Shown: positions 1 through 11,644, counted from the first letter of the stretch. The stretch is DNA of 64,000 nt from Tubulanus polymorphus (GCF_964204645.1 NC_134035.1:7782451-7846450), one strand, 5' to 3'. A program made the numbers and translations. Notes: generated from the sequence alone by a model not told the origin.

Positions 1-80
1 AAGTACTAACCGGGCCCGACGTTGCTTAACTTCGGTGATCGGACGAGAACCGGTGCTTTCAACGTGGTATGGCCGTAGAC
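1..80 (-). rRNA. 5S rRNA (partial; 3' end outside window)
   Basis: 5S nt 1-80. Confidence 0.95.
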
Positions 81-103
81 AACAAAACGTATGAATCTAA
101 CCG

Positions 104-114
104 TTTTGATATTA
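104..114 (-). promoter_or_regulatory. AT-rich TATA-like upstream element (TAATATCAAAA, -34..-24), representative copy
   Basis: Position matches the -30 AT-rich element of many 5S genes; function inferred from position only. Confidence 0.45.
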
Positions 115-321
115 CCTTCTCGATAGGATCGCCACCTCAGCGAGGCATCCACTTTTTATGTCTCTTTTAACACAGTTTCAATTGCTCAACTGATAAAACC
201 AGGTACAATTATCCATTCGCTCCATCGAAAGATGTAGAAACAAACGCCTTTCCCTTCGCTCAAGGATCGGCGTTGAATAAGGCGGAGGAAACTATGAGAA
301 CAGCTACTTAGCAAAACAATC

Positions 322-333
322 TGTGACGTCACA
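322..333. promoter_or_regulatory. Perfect palindrome TGTGACGTCACA containing the CRE/ATF consensus TGACGTCA, representative copy
   Basis: 12-bp palindrome in nearly all spacers; altered at 4224, 5893 and 7559-7560. Confidence 0.4.
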
Positions 334-432
334 TTACCAGAAAACATCCAATCTTCTATCTCTAACAAAGTATCGATTTGGGAATATATCTGCGACAACA
401 AAATTTTGACGGCTTCGTTCAACTAATGGCGA

Positions 433-464
433 AAACGAACAAGCAAATAAACAAACAAATAAAC
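433..464. repeat. Degenerate (AAAC/AAAT)n low-complexity tract in spacer, representative copy
   Basis: aaaacgaacaagcaaataaacaaacaaataaac. Confidence 0.7.
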
Positions 465-513
465 GGCTGTTTACGAGTGCTTTTAATTTTTGAAATAAAT
501 CGAGCAAAATTTG

Positions 514-519
514 AAAAAA
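514..519 (-). terminator. Pol III oligo-T terminator (T6; T7 in six units), representative copy
   Basis: Minus strand reads ...GTAGAC TTTTTT CAAATTTTG; a second T4 lies just downstream. Confidence 0.92.
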
Positions 520-637
520 GTCTACAGCACCCGGTATTCCCAGGCGGTCACCCATCCAAGTACTAACCGGGCCCGACGTTGCTTAACTTCGGTGATCGGA
601 CGAGAACCGGTGCTTTCAACGTGGTATGGCCGTAGAC
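519..637 (-). rRNA. 5S rRNA
   Basis: Reverse complement GTCTACGGCCATACCACGTTGAAAGCACCGGTTCTCGTCCGATCACCGAAGTTAAGCAACGTCGGGCCCGGTTAGTACTTGGATGGGTGACCGCCTGGGAATACCGGGTGCTGTAGACT; ends pair as helix I; loop E and ICR motifs present. Confidence 0.98.
541..588 (-). promoter_or_regulatory. Type 1 Pol III internal control region (box A nt 50-64, IE nt 67-72, box C nt 80-97), representative copy
   Basis: AGTTAAGCAACGTCG and TGGATGGGTGACCGCCTG sit at canonical 5S positions (Xenopus numbering; +1 = 637). Confidence 0.88.
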
Positions 638-1073
638 AACAAAACGTATGAATCTAACCGTTTTGATATTACCTTCTCGATAGGATCGCCACCTCAGCGA
701 GGCATCCACTTTTTATGTCTCTTTTAACACAGTTTCAATTGCTCAACTGATAAAACCAGGTACAATTATCCATTCGCTCCATCGAAAGATGTAGAAACAA
801 ACGCCTTTCCCTTCGCTCAAGGATCGGCGTTGAATAAGGCGGAGGAAACTATGAGAACAGCTACTTAGCAACACAATCTGTGACGTCACATTACCAGAAA
901 ACATCCAATCTTCTATCCAACAAAGTATCGATTTGGGAATATATCTGCGACAACAAAATTTTGACAGCTTCGTTCAACTAATGGCGAAAACAAACAAGCA
1001 AATAAACAAACAAATAAACGGCTGTTTACGAGTGCTTTTAATTTTTGAAATAAATCGAGCAAAATTTGAAAAA

Positions 1074-1192
1074 AGTCTACAGCACCCGGTATTCCCAGGC
1101 GGTCACCCATCCAAGTACTAACCGGGCCCGACGTTGCTTAACTTCGGTGATCGGACGAGAACCGGTGCTTTCAACGTGGTATGGCCGTAGAC
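1074..1192 (-). rRNA. 5S rRNA
   Basis: array copy. Confidence 0.97.
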
Positions 1193-1630
1193 AACAAAAC
1201 GTATCAATCTAACCGTTTTGATATTACCTTCTCGATAGGATCGCCACCTCAGCGAGGCATCCACTTTTTATGTCTCTTTTAACACAGTTTCAATTGCTCA
1301 ACTGATAAAACCAGGTACAATTATCCATTCGCTCCATCGAAAGATGTAGAAACAAACGCCTTTCCCTTCGCTCAAGGATCGGCGTTGAATAAGGCGGAGG
1401 AAACTATGAGAACAGCTACTTAGCAACACAATCTGTGACGTCACATTACCAGAAAACATCCAATCTTCTATCTCTAACAAAGTATCGATTTGGGAATATA
1501 TCTGCGACAACAAAATTTTGACGGCTTCGTTCAACTAATGGCGAAATCGAACAAGCAAATAAACAAACAAATAAACGGCTGTTTGCGAGTGCTTTTAATT
1601 TTTGAAATAAATCGAGCAAAATTTGAAAAA

Positions 1631-1749
1631 AGTCTACAGCACCCGGTATTCCCAGGCGGTCACCCATCCAAGTACTAACCGGGCCCGACGTTGCTTAACT
1701 TCGGTGATCGGACGAGAACCGGTGCTTTCAACGTGGTATGGCCGTAGAC
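1631..1749 (-). rRNA. 5S rRNA
   Basis: array copy. Confidence 0.97.
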
Positions 1750-2187
1750 AACAAAACGTATCAATCTAACCGTTTTGATATTACCTTCTCGATAGGATCG
1801 CCACCTCAGCGAGGCATCCACTTTTTATGTCTCTTTTAACACAGTTTCAATTGCTCAACTGATAAAACCAGGTACAATTATCCATTCGCTCCATCGAAAG
1901 ATGTAGAAACAAACGCCTTTCCCTTCGCTCAAGGATCGGCGTTGAATAAGGCGGAGGAAACTATGAGAACAGCTACTTAGCAACACAATCTGTGACGTCA
2001 CATTACCAGAAAACATCCAATCTTCTATCTCTAACAAAGTATCGATTTGGGAATATATCTGCGACAACAAAATTTTGACGGCTTCGTTCAACTAATGGCG
2101 AAAACGAACAAGCAAATAAACAAACAAATAAACGGCTGTTTACGAGTGCTTTTAATTTTTGAAATAAATCGAGCAAAATTTGAAAAA

Positions 2188-2306
2188 AGTCTACAGCACC
2201 CGGTATTCCCAGGCGGTCACCCATCCAAGTACTAACCGGGCCCGACGTTGCTTAACTTCGGTGATCGGACGAGAACCGGTGCTTTCAACGTGGTATGGCC
2301 GTAGAC
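2188..2306 (-). rRNA. 5S rRNA
   Basis: array copy. Confidence 0.97.
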
Positions 2307-2744
2307 AACAAAACGTATGAATCTAACCGTTTTGATATTACCTTCTCGATAGGATCGCCACCTCAGCGAGGCATCCACTTTTTATGTCTCTTTTAACACA
2401 GTTTCAATTGCTCAACTGATAAAGCCAGGTACAATTATCCATTCGCTCCATCGAAAGATGTAGAAACAAACGCCTTTCCCTTCGCTCAAGGATCGGCGTT
2501 GAATAAGGCGGAGGAAACTATGAGAACAGCTACTTAGCAACACAATCTGTGACGTCACATTACCAGAAAACATCCAATCTTCTATCTCTAACAAAGTATC
2601 GATTTGGGAATATATCTGCGACAACAAAATTTTGACGGCTTCGTTCAACTAATGGCGAAAACGAACAAGCAAATAAACAAACAAATAAACGGCTGTTTGC
2701 GAGTGCTTTTAATTTTTGAAATAAATCGAGCAAAATTTGAAAAA

Positions 2745-2863
2745 AGTCTACAGCACCCGGTATTCCCAGGCGGTCACCCATCCAAGTACTAACCGGGCCC
2801 GACGTTGCTTAACTTCGGTGATCGGACGAGAACCGGTGCTTTCAACGTGGTATGGCCGTAGAA
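2745..2863 (-). rRNA. 5S rRNA, variant G1T
   Basis: c>a at 2863. Confidence 0.93.
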
Positions 2864-3301
2864 AACAAAACGTATGAATCTAACCGTTTTGATATTACCT
2901 TCTCGATAGGATCGCCACCTCAGCGAGGCATCCACTTTTTATGTCTCTTTTAACACAGTTTCAATTGCTCAACTGATAAAACCAGGTACAATTATCCATT
3001 CGCTCCATCGAAAGATGTAGAAACAAACGCCTTTCCCTTCGCTCAAGGATCGGCGTTGAATAAGGCGGAGGAAACTATGAGAACAGCTACTTAGCAACAC
3101 AATCTGTGACGTCACATTACCAGAAAACATCCAATCTTCTATCTCTAACAAAGTATCGATTTGGGAATATATCTGCGACAACAAAATTTTGACGGCTTCG
3201 TTCAACTAATGGCGAAAACGAACAAGCAAATAAACAAACAAATAAACGGCTGTTTGCGAGTGCTTTTAATTTTTGAAATAAATCGAGCAAAATTTGAAAA
3301 A

Positions 3302-3420
3302 AGTCTACAGCACCCGGTATTCCCAGGCGGTCACCCATCCAAGTACTAACCGGGCCCGACGTTGCTTAACTTCGGTGATCGGACGAGAACCGGTGCTTTC
3401 AACGTGGTATGGCCGTAGAC
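3302..3420 (-). rRNA. 5S rRNA
   Basis: array copy. Confidence 0.97.
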
Positions 3421-3858
3421 AACAAAACGTATGAATCTAACCGTTTTGATATTACCTTCTCGATAGGATCGCCACCTCAGCGAGGCATCCACTTTTTATG
3501 TCTCTTTTAACACAGTTTCAATTGCTCAACTGATAAAACCAGGTACAATTATCCATTCGCTCCATCGAAAGATGTAGAAACAAACGCCTTTCCCTTCGCT
3601 CAAGGATCGGCGTTGAATAAGGCGGAGGAAACTATGAGAACAGCTACTTAGCAACACAATCTGTGACGTCACATTACCAGAAAACATCCAATCTTCTATC
3701 TCTAACAAAGTATCGATTTGGGAATATATCTGCGACAACAAAATTTTGACGGCTTCGTTCAACTAATGGCGAAAACGAACAAGCAAATAAACAAACAAAT
3801 AAACGGCTGTTTACGAGTGCTTTTAATTTTTGAAATAAATCGAGCAAAATTTGAAAAA

Positions 3859-3977
3859 AGTCTACAGCACCCGGTATTCCCAGGCGGTCACCCATCCAAG
3901 TACTAACCGGGCCCGACGTTGCTTAACTTCGGTGATCGGACGAGAACCGGTGCTTTCAACGTGGTATGGCCGTAGAC
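3859..3977 (-). rRNA. 5S rRNA
   Basis: array copy. Confidence 0.97.
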
Positions 3978-4415
3978 AACAAAACGTATCAATCTAACCG
4001 TTTTGATATTACCTTCTCGATAGGATCGCCACCTCAGCGAGGCATCCACTTTTTATGTCTCTTTTAACACAGTTTCAATTGCTCAACTGATAAAACCAGG
4101 TACAATTATCCATTCGCTCCATCGAAAGATGTAGAAACAAACGCCTTTCCCTTCGCTCAAGGATCGGCGTTGAATAAGGCGGAGGAAACTATGAGAACAG
4201 CTACTTAGCAACACAATCTGTGATGTCACATTACCAGAAAACATCCAATCTTCTATCTCTAACAAAGTATCGATTTGGGAATATATCTGCGACAACAAAA
4301 TTTTGACGGCTTCGTTCAACTAATGGCGAAAACGAACAAGCAAATAAACAAACAAATAAACGGCTGTTTGCGAGTGCTTTTAATTTTTGAAATAAATCGA
4401 GCAAAATTTGAAAAA

Positions 4416-4534
4416 AGTCTACAGCACCCGGTATTCCCAGGCGGTCACCCATCCAAGTACTAACCGGGCCCGACGTTGCTTAACTTCGGTGATCGGACGA
4501 GAACCGGTGCTTTCAACGTGGTATGGCCGTAGAC
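4416..4534 (-). rRNA. 5S rRNA
   Basis: array copy. Confidence 0.97.
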
Positions 4535-4972
4535 AACAAAACGTATCAATCTAACCGTTTTGATATTACCTTCTCGATAGGATCGCCACCTCAGCGAGGC
4601 ATCCACTTTTTATGTCTCTTTTAACACAGTTTCAATTGCTCAACTGATAAAACCAGGTACAATTATCCATTCGCTCCATCGAAAGATGTAGAAACAAACG
4701 CCTTTCCCTTCGCTCAAGGATCGGCGTTGAATAAGGCGGAGGAAACTATGAGAACAGCTACTTAGCAACACAATCTGTGACGTCACATTACCAGAAAACA
4801 TCCAATCTTCTATCTCTAACAAAGTATCGATTTGGGAATATATCTGCGACAACAAAATTTTGACGGCTTCGTTCAACTAATGGCGAAAACGAACAAGCAA
4901 ATAAACAAACAAATAAACGGCTGTTTACGAGTGCTTTTAATTTTTGAAATAAATCGAGCAAAATTTGAAAAA

Positions 4973-5091
4973 AGTCTACAGCACCCGGTATTCCCAGGCG
5001 GTCACCCATCCAAGTACTAACCGGGCCCGACGTTGCTTAACTTCGGTGATCGGACGAGAACCGGTGCTTTCAACGTGGTATGGCCGTAGAC
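4973..5091 (-). rRNA. 5S rRNA
   Basis: array copy. Confidence 0.97.
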
Positions 5092-5527
5092 AACATAACG
5101 TATCAATCTAACCGTTTTGATATTACCTTCTCGATAGGATCGCCACCTCAGCGAGGCATCCACTTTTTATGTCTCTTTTAACACAGTTTCAATTGCTCAA
5201 CTGAATAAACCAGGTACAATTATCCATTCGCTCCATCGAAAGATGTAGAAACAAACGCCTTTCCCTTCGCTCAAGGATCGGCGTTGAATAAGGCGGAGGA
5301 AACTATGAGAACAGCTACTTAGCAACACAATCTGTGACGTCACATTACCAGAAAACATCCAATCTTCTATCTAACAAAGTATCGATTTGGGAATATATCT
5401 GCGACAACAAAATTTTGACAGCTTCGTTCAACTAATGGCGAAAACAAACAAGCAAATAAACAAACAAATTAACGGCTGTTTGCGAGTGCTTTTAATTTTT
5501 GAAATAAATCGAGCAAAATTTGAAAAA

Positions 5528-5646
5528 AGTCTACAGCACCCGGTATTCCCAGGCGGTCACCCATCCAAGTACTAACCGGGCCCGACGTTGCTTAACTTCG
5601 GTGATCGGACGAGAACCGGTGCTTTCAACGTGGTATGGCCGTAGAC
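5528..5646 (-). rRNA. 5S rRNA
   Basis: array copy. Confidence 0.97.
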
Positions 5647-6082
5647 AACAAAACGTATAAATCTAACCGTTTTGATATTACCTTCTCGATAGGATCGCCA
5701 CCTCAGCGAGGCATCCACTTTTTATGTCTCTTTTAACACAGTTTCAATTGCTCAACTGATAAAACCAGGTACAATTATCCATTCGCTCCATCGAAAGATG
5801 TAGAAACAAACGCCTTTCCCTTCGCTCAAGGATCGGCGTTGAATAAGGCGGAGGAAACTATGAGAACAGCTACTTAGCAACACAATCTGTGATGTCACAT
5901 TACCAGAAAACATCCAATCTTCTATCTAACAAAGTATCGATTTGGGAATATATCTGCGACAACAAAATTTTGACAGCTTCGTTCAACTAATGGCGAAAAC
6001 GAACAAGCAAATAAACAAACAAATAAACGGCTGTTTGCGAGTGCTTTTAATTTTTGAAATAAATCGAGCAAAATTTGAAAAA

Positions 6083-6201
6083 AGTCTACAGCACCCGGTA
6101 TTCCCAGGCGGTCACCCATCCAAGTACTAACCGGGCCCGACGTTGCTTAACTTCGGTGATCGGACGAGAACCGGTGCTTTCAACGTGGTATGGCCGTAGA
6201 C
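6083..6201 (-). rRNA. 5S rRNA
   Basis: array copy. Confidence 0.97.
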
Positions 6202-6637
6202 AACAAAACGTATCAATCTAACCGTTTTGATATTACCTTCTCGATAGGATCGCAACCTCAGCGAGGCATCCACTTTTTATGTCTCTTTTAACACAGTTTC
6301 AATTGCTCAACTGATAAAACCAGGTACAATTATCCATTCGCTCCATCGAAAGATGTAGAAACAAACGCCTTTCCCTTCGCTCAAGGATCGGCGTTGAATA
6401 AGGCGGAGGAAACTATGAGAACAGCTACTTAGCAACACAATCTGTGACGTCACATTACCAGAAAACATCCAATCTTCTATCTAACAAAGTATCGATTTGG
6501 GAATATATCTGCGACAACAAAATTTTGACGGCTTCGTTCAACTAATGGCGAAAACAAACAAGCAAATAAACAAACAAATAAACGGCTGTTTGCGAGTGCT
6601 TTTAATTTTTGAAATAAATCGAGCAAAATTTGAAAAA

Positions 6638-6756
6638 AGTCTACAGCACCCGGTATTCCCAGGCGGTCACCCATCCAAGTACTAACCGGGCCCGACGTTG
6701 CTTAACTTCGGTGATCGGACGAGAACCGGTGCTTTCAACGTGGTATGGCCGTAGAC
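6638..6756 (-). rRNA. 5S rRNA
   Basis: array copy. Confidence 0.97.
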
Positions 6757-7195
6757 AACAAAACGTATGAATCTAACCGTTTTGATATTACCTTCTCGAT
6801 AGGATCGCCACCTCAGCGAGGCATCCACTTTTTATGTCTCTTTTAACACAGTTTCAATTGCTCAACTGATAAAACCAGGTACAATTATCCATTCGCTCCA
6901 TCGAAAGATGTAGAAACAAACGCCTTTCCCTTCGCTCAAGGATCGGCGTTGAATAAGGCGGAGGAAACTATGAGAACAGCTACTTAGCAAAACGATCTGT
7001 GACGTCACATTACCAGAAAACATCCAATCTTCTATCTCTAACAAAGTATCGATTTGGGAATATATCTGCGACAACAAAATTTTGACGGCTTCGTTCAACT
7101 AATGGCGAAAAGGAACAAGCAAATAAACAAACAAATAAACGGCTGTTTACGAGTGCTTTTAATTTTTGAAATAAATCGAGCAAAATTTGAAAAAA

Positions 7196-7314
7196 AGTCT
7201 ACAGCACCCGGTATTCCCAGGCGGTCACCCATCCAAGTACTAACCGGGCCCGACGTTGCTTAACTTCGGTGATCGGACGAGAACCGGTGCTTTCAACGTG
7301 GTATGGCCGTAGAC
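7196..7314 (-). rRNA. 5S rRNA (T7 terminator)
   Basis: array copy. Confidence 0.97.
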
Positions 7315-7750
7315 AACAAAACGTATAAATCTAACCGTTTTGATATTACCTTCTCGATAGGATCGCCACCTCAGCGAGGCATCCACTTTTTATGTCTCTT
7401 TTAACACAGTTTCAATTGCTCAACTGATAAAACCAGGTACAATTATCCATTCGCTCCATCGAAAGATGTAGAAACAAACGCCTTTCCCTTCGCTCAAGGA
7501 TCGGCGTTGAATAAGGCGGAGGAAACTATGAGAACAGCTACTTAGCAACACAATCTGTCCCGTCACATTACCAGAAAACATCCAATCTTCTATCTAACAA
7601 AGTATCGATTTGGGAATATATCTGCGACAACAAAATTTTGACGGCTTCGTTCAACTAATGGCGAAAACAAACAAGCAAATAAACAAACAAATAAACGGCT
7701 GTTTGCGAGTGCTTTTAATTTTTGAAATAAATCGAGCAAAATTTGAAAAA

Positions 7751-7869
7751 AGTCTACAGCATCAGGTATTCCCAGGCGGGAACCCATCCAAGTACTAACC
7801 GGGCCCGACGTTGCTTAACTTCGGTGATCGGACGAGAACCGGTGCTTTCAACGTGGTATGGCCGTAGAC
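7751..7869 (-). rRNA. 5S rRNA, divergent copy (4 substitutions; probable pseudogene)
   Basis: G89T, A90C, G106T, G108A. Confidence 0.85.
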
Positions 7870-8308
7870 AACAAAACGTATGAATCTAACCGTTTTGATA
7901 TTACCTTCTCGATAGGATCGCCACCTCAGCGAGGCATCCACTTTTTATGTCTCTTTTAACACAGTTTCAATTGCTCAACTGATAAAACCAGGTACAATTA
8001 TCCATTCGCTCCATCGAAAGATGTAGAAACAAACGCCTTTCCCTTCGCTCAAGGATCGGCGTTGAATAAGGCGGATGAAACTATGAGAACAGCTACTTAG
8101 CAACACAATCTGTGACGTCACATTACCAGAAAACATCCAATCTTCTATCTCTAACAAAGTATCGATTTGGGAATATATCTGCGACAACAAAATTTTGACG
8201 GCTTCGTTCAACTAATGGCGAAAACGAACAAGCAAATAAACAAACAAATAAACGGCTGTTTACGAGTGCTTTTAATTTTTGAAATAAATCGAGCAAAATT
8301 TGAAAAAA

Positions 8309-8427
8309 AGTCTACAGCACCCGGTATTCCCAGGCGGTCACCCATCCAAGTACTAACCGGGCCCGACGTTGCTTAACTTCGGTGATCGGACGAGAACCGG
8401 TGCTTTCAACGTGGTATGGCCGTAGAC
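8309..8427 (-). rRNA. 5S rRNA (T7 terminator)
   Basis: array copy. Confidence 0.97.
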
Positions 8428-8863
8428 AACAAAACGTATCAATCTAACCGTTTTGATATTACCTTCTCGATAGGATCGCCACCTCAGCGAGGCATCCACT
8501 TTTTATGTCTCTTTTAACACAGTTTCAATTGCTCAACTGATAAAACCAGGTACAATTATCCATTCGCTCCATCGAAAGATGTAGAAACAAACGCCTTTCC
8601 CTTCGCTCAAGGATCGGCGTTGAATAAGGCGGAGGAAACTATGAGAACAGCTACTTAGCAACACAATCTGTGACGTCACATTACCAGAAAACATCCAATC
8701 TTCTATCTAACAAAGTATCGATTTGGGAATATATCTGCGACAACAAAATTTTGACGGCTTCGTTCAACTAATGGCGAAAACAAACAAGCAAATAAACAAA
8801 CAAATAAACGGCTGTTTGCGAGTGCTTTTAATTTTTGAAATAAATCGAGCAAAATTTGAAAAA

Positions 8864-8982
8864 AGTCTACAGCACCCGGTATTCCCAGGCGGTCACCCAT
8901 CCAAGTACTAACCGGGCCCGACGTTGCTTAACTTCGGTGATCGGACGAGAACCGGTGCTTTCAACGTGGTATGGCCGTAGAC
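8864..8982 (-). rRNA. 5S rRNA
   Basis: array copy. Confidence 0.97.
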
Positions 8983-9420
8983 AACAAAACGTATAAATCT
9001 GACCGTTTTGATATTACCTTCTCGATAGGATCGCCACCTCAGCGAGGCATCCACTTTTTATGTCTCTTTTAACACAGTTTCAATTGCTCAACTGATAAAA
9101 CCAGGTACAATTATCCATTCGCTCCATCGAAAGATGTAGAAACAAACGCCTTTCTCTTCGCTCAAGGATCGGCGTTGAATAAGGCGGAGGAAACTATGAG
9201 AACAGCTACTTAGCAACACAATCTGTGACGTCACATTACCAGAAAACATCCAATCTTCTATCTCTAACAAAGTATCGATTTGGGAATATATCTGCGACAA
9301 CAAAATTTTGACGGCTTCGTTCAACTAATGGCGAAAACGAACAAGCAAATAAACAAACAAATAAACGGCTGTTTACGAGTGCTTTTAATTTTTGAAATAA
9401 ATCGAGCAAAATTTGAAAAA

Positions 9421-9539
9421 AGTCTACAGCACCCGGTATTCCCAGGCGGTCACCCATCCAAGTACTAACCGGGCCCGACGTTGCTTAACTTCGGTGATCG
9501 GACGAGAACCGGTGCTTTCAACGTGGTATGGCCGTAGAC
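9421..9539 (-). rRNA. 5S rRNA
   Basis: array copy. Confidence 0.97.
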
Positions 9540-9975
9540 AACAAAACGTATCAATCTAACCGTTTTGATATTACCTTCTCGATAGGATCGCCACCTCAGC
9601 GAGGCATCCACTTTTTATGTCTCTTTTAACACAGTTTCAATTGCTCAACTGATAAAACCAGGTACAATTATCCATTCGCTCCATCGAAAGATGTAGAAAC
9701 AAACGCCTTTCCCTTCGCTCAAGGATCGGCGTTGAATAAGGCGGAGGAAACTATGAGAACAGCTACTTAGCAACACAATCTGTGACGTCACATTACCAGA
9801 AAACATCCAATCTTCTATCTAACAAAGTATCGATTTGGGAATATATCTGCGACAACAAAATTTTGACAGCTTCGTTCAACTAATGGCGAAAACAAACAAG
9901 CAAATAAACAAACAAATAAACGGCTGTTTGCGAGTGCTTTTAATTTTTGAAATAAATCGAGCAAAATTTGAAAAA

Positions 9976-10094
9976 AGTCTACAGCACCCGGTATTCCCAG
10001 GCGGTCACCCATCCAAGTACTAACCGGGCCCGACGTTGCTTAACTTCGGTGATCGGACGAGAACCGGTGCTTTCAACGTGGTATGGCCGTAGAC
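9976..10094 (-). rRNA. 5S rRNA
   Basis: array copy. Confidence 0.97.
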
Positions 10095-10532
10095 AACAAA
10101 ACGTATAAATCTAACCGTTTTGATATTACCTTCTCGATAGGATCGCCACCTCAGCGAGGCATCCACTTTTTATGTCTCTTTTAACACAGTTTCAATTGCT
10201 CAACTGATAAAACCAGGTACAATTATCCATTCGCTCCATCGAAAGATGTAGAAACAAACGCCTTTCCCTTCGCTCAAGGATCGGCGTTGAATAAGGCGGA
10301 GGAAACTATGAGAACAGCTACTTAGCAACACAATCTGTGACGTCACATTACCAGAAAACATCCAATCTTCTATCTCTAACAAAGTATCGATTTGGGAATA
10401 TATCTGCGACAACAAAATTTTGACACCTTCGTTCAACTAATGGCGTAAACAAACAAGCAAATAAACAAACAAATAAACGGCTGTTTGCGAGTGCTTTTAA
10501 TTTTTGAAATAAATCGAGCAAAATTTGAAAAA

Positions 10533-10651
10533 AGTCTACAGCACCCGGTATTCCCAGGCGGTCACCCATCCAAGTACTAACCGGGCCCGACGTTGCTTAA
10601 CTTCGGTGATCGGACGAGAACCGGTGCTTTCAACGTGGTATGGCCGTAGAC
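10533..10651 (-). rRNA. 5S rRNA
   Basis: array copy. Confidence 0.97.
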
Positions 10652-11087
10652 AACAAAACGTATAAATCTAACCGTTTTGATATTACCTTCTCGATAGGAT
10701 CGCCACCTCAGCGAGGCATCCACTTTTTATGTCTCTTTTAACACAGTTTCAATTGCTCAACTGATAAAACCAGGTACAATTATCCATTCGCTCCATCGAA
10801 AGATGTAGAAACAAACGCCTTTCCCTTCGCTCAAGGATCGGCGTTGAATAAGGCGGAGGAAACTATGAGAACAGCTACTTAGCAACACAATCTGTGACGT
10901 CACATTACCAGAAAACATCCAATCTTCTATCTAACAAAGTATCGTTTTGGGAATATATCTGCGACAACAAAATTTTGACAGCTTCGTTCAACTAATGGCG
11001 AAAACAAACAAGCAAATAAACAAACAAATAAACGGCTGTTTGCGAGTGCTTTTAATTTTTGAAATAAATCGAGCAAAATTTGAAAAA

Positions 11088-11206
11088 AGTCTACAGCACC
11101 CGGTATTCCCAGGCGGTCACCCATCCAAGTACTAACCGGGCCCGACGTTGCTTAACTTCGGTGATCGGACGAGAACCGGTGCTTTCAACGTGGTATGGCC
11201 GTAGAC
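11088..11206 (-). rRNA. 5S rRNA
   Basis: array copy. Confidence 0.97.
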
Positions 11207-11644
11207 AACAAAACGTATCAATCTAACCGTTTTGATATTACCTTCTCGATAGGATCGCCACCTCAGCGAGGCATCCACTTTTTATGTCTCTTTTAACACA
11301 GTTTCAATTGCTCAACTGATAAAACCAGGTACAATTATCCATTCGCTCCATCGAAAGATGTAGAAACAAACGCCTTTCCCTTCGCTCAAGGATCGGCGTT
11401 GAATAAGGCGGAGGAAACTATGAGAACAGCTACTTAGCAACACAATCTGTGACGTCACATTACCAGAAAACATCCAATCTTCTATCTCTAACAAAGTATC
11501 GATTTGGGAATATATCTGCGACAACAAAATTTTGACGGCTTCGTTCAACTAATGGCGAAAACGAACAAGCAAATAAACAAACAAATAAACGGCTGTTTAC
11601 GAGTGCTTTTAATTTTTGAAATAAATCGAGCAAAATTTGAAAAA

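Larger units (their letters stand above)
81..513. other. 5S non-transcribed spacer (representative copy)
   Basis: Lies between the 5S +1 at 80 and the terminator of the next gene at 514-519; AT-richer and more polymorphic than the gene. Confidence 0.9.

Noticed and set aside
126-157. Hairpin plus T5 resembling a bacterial intrinsic terminator
   Set aside because: The context is eukaryotic; it is kept only as a spacer inverted repeat.
170-210. CAG|GTACAA splice-donor-like site after a small hairpin (alternative SL candidate)
   Set aside because: No Sm-type site within ~100 nt downstream; such motifs are common by chance.
485-493. AATTTTTGA Sm-consensus match on the plus strand
   Set aside because: Lies in an AT-rich tract next to the 5S terminator with no recognisable U1/U2/U4/U5 sequence around it.
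81-513. Linked tRNA, U1/U2/U5/U6 snRNA or histone gene in the spacer, as in some invertebrate 5S repeats
   Set aside because: By eye I found no cloverleaf or B-box (GTTCRANNC) and no snRNA signature such as ATACTTACCTG on either strand; a cmscan/tRNAscan run would be decisive.
186-566. Repeated 62-78 aa ORFs on both strands in every unit
   Set aside because: They start at TTG-type codons, overlap the 5S gene, show no recognisable domain, and are freely broken by the 2-bp indel, T7 frameshifts and stops. They are artefacts of the repeat.
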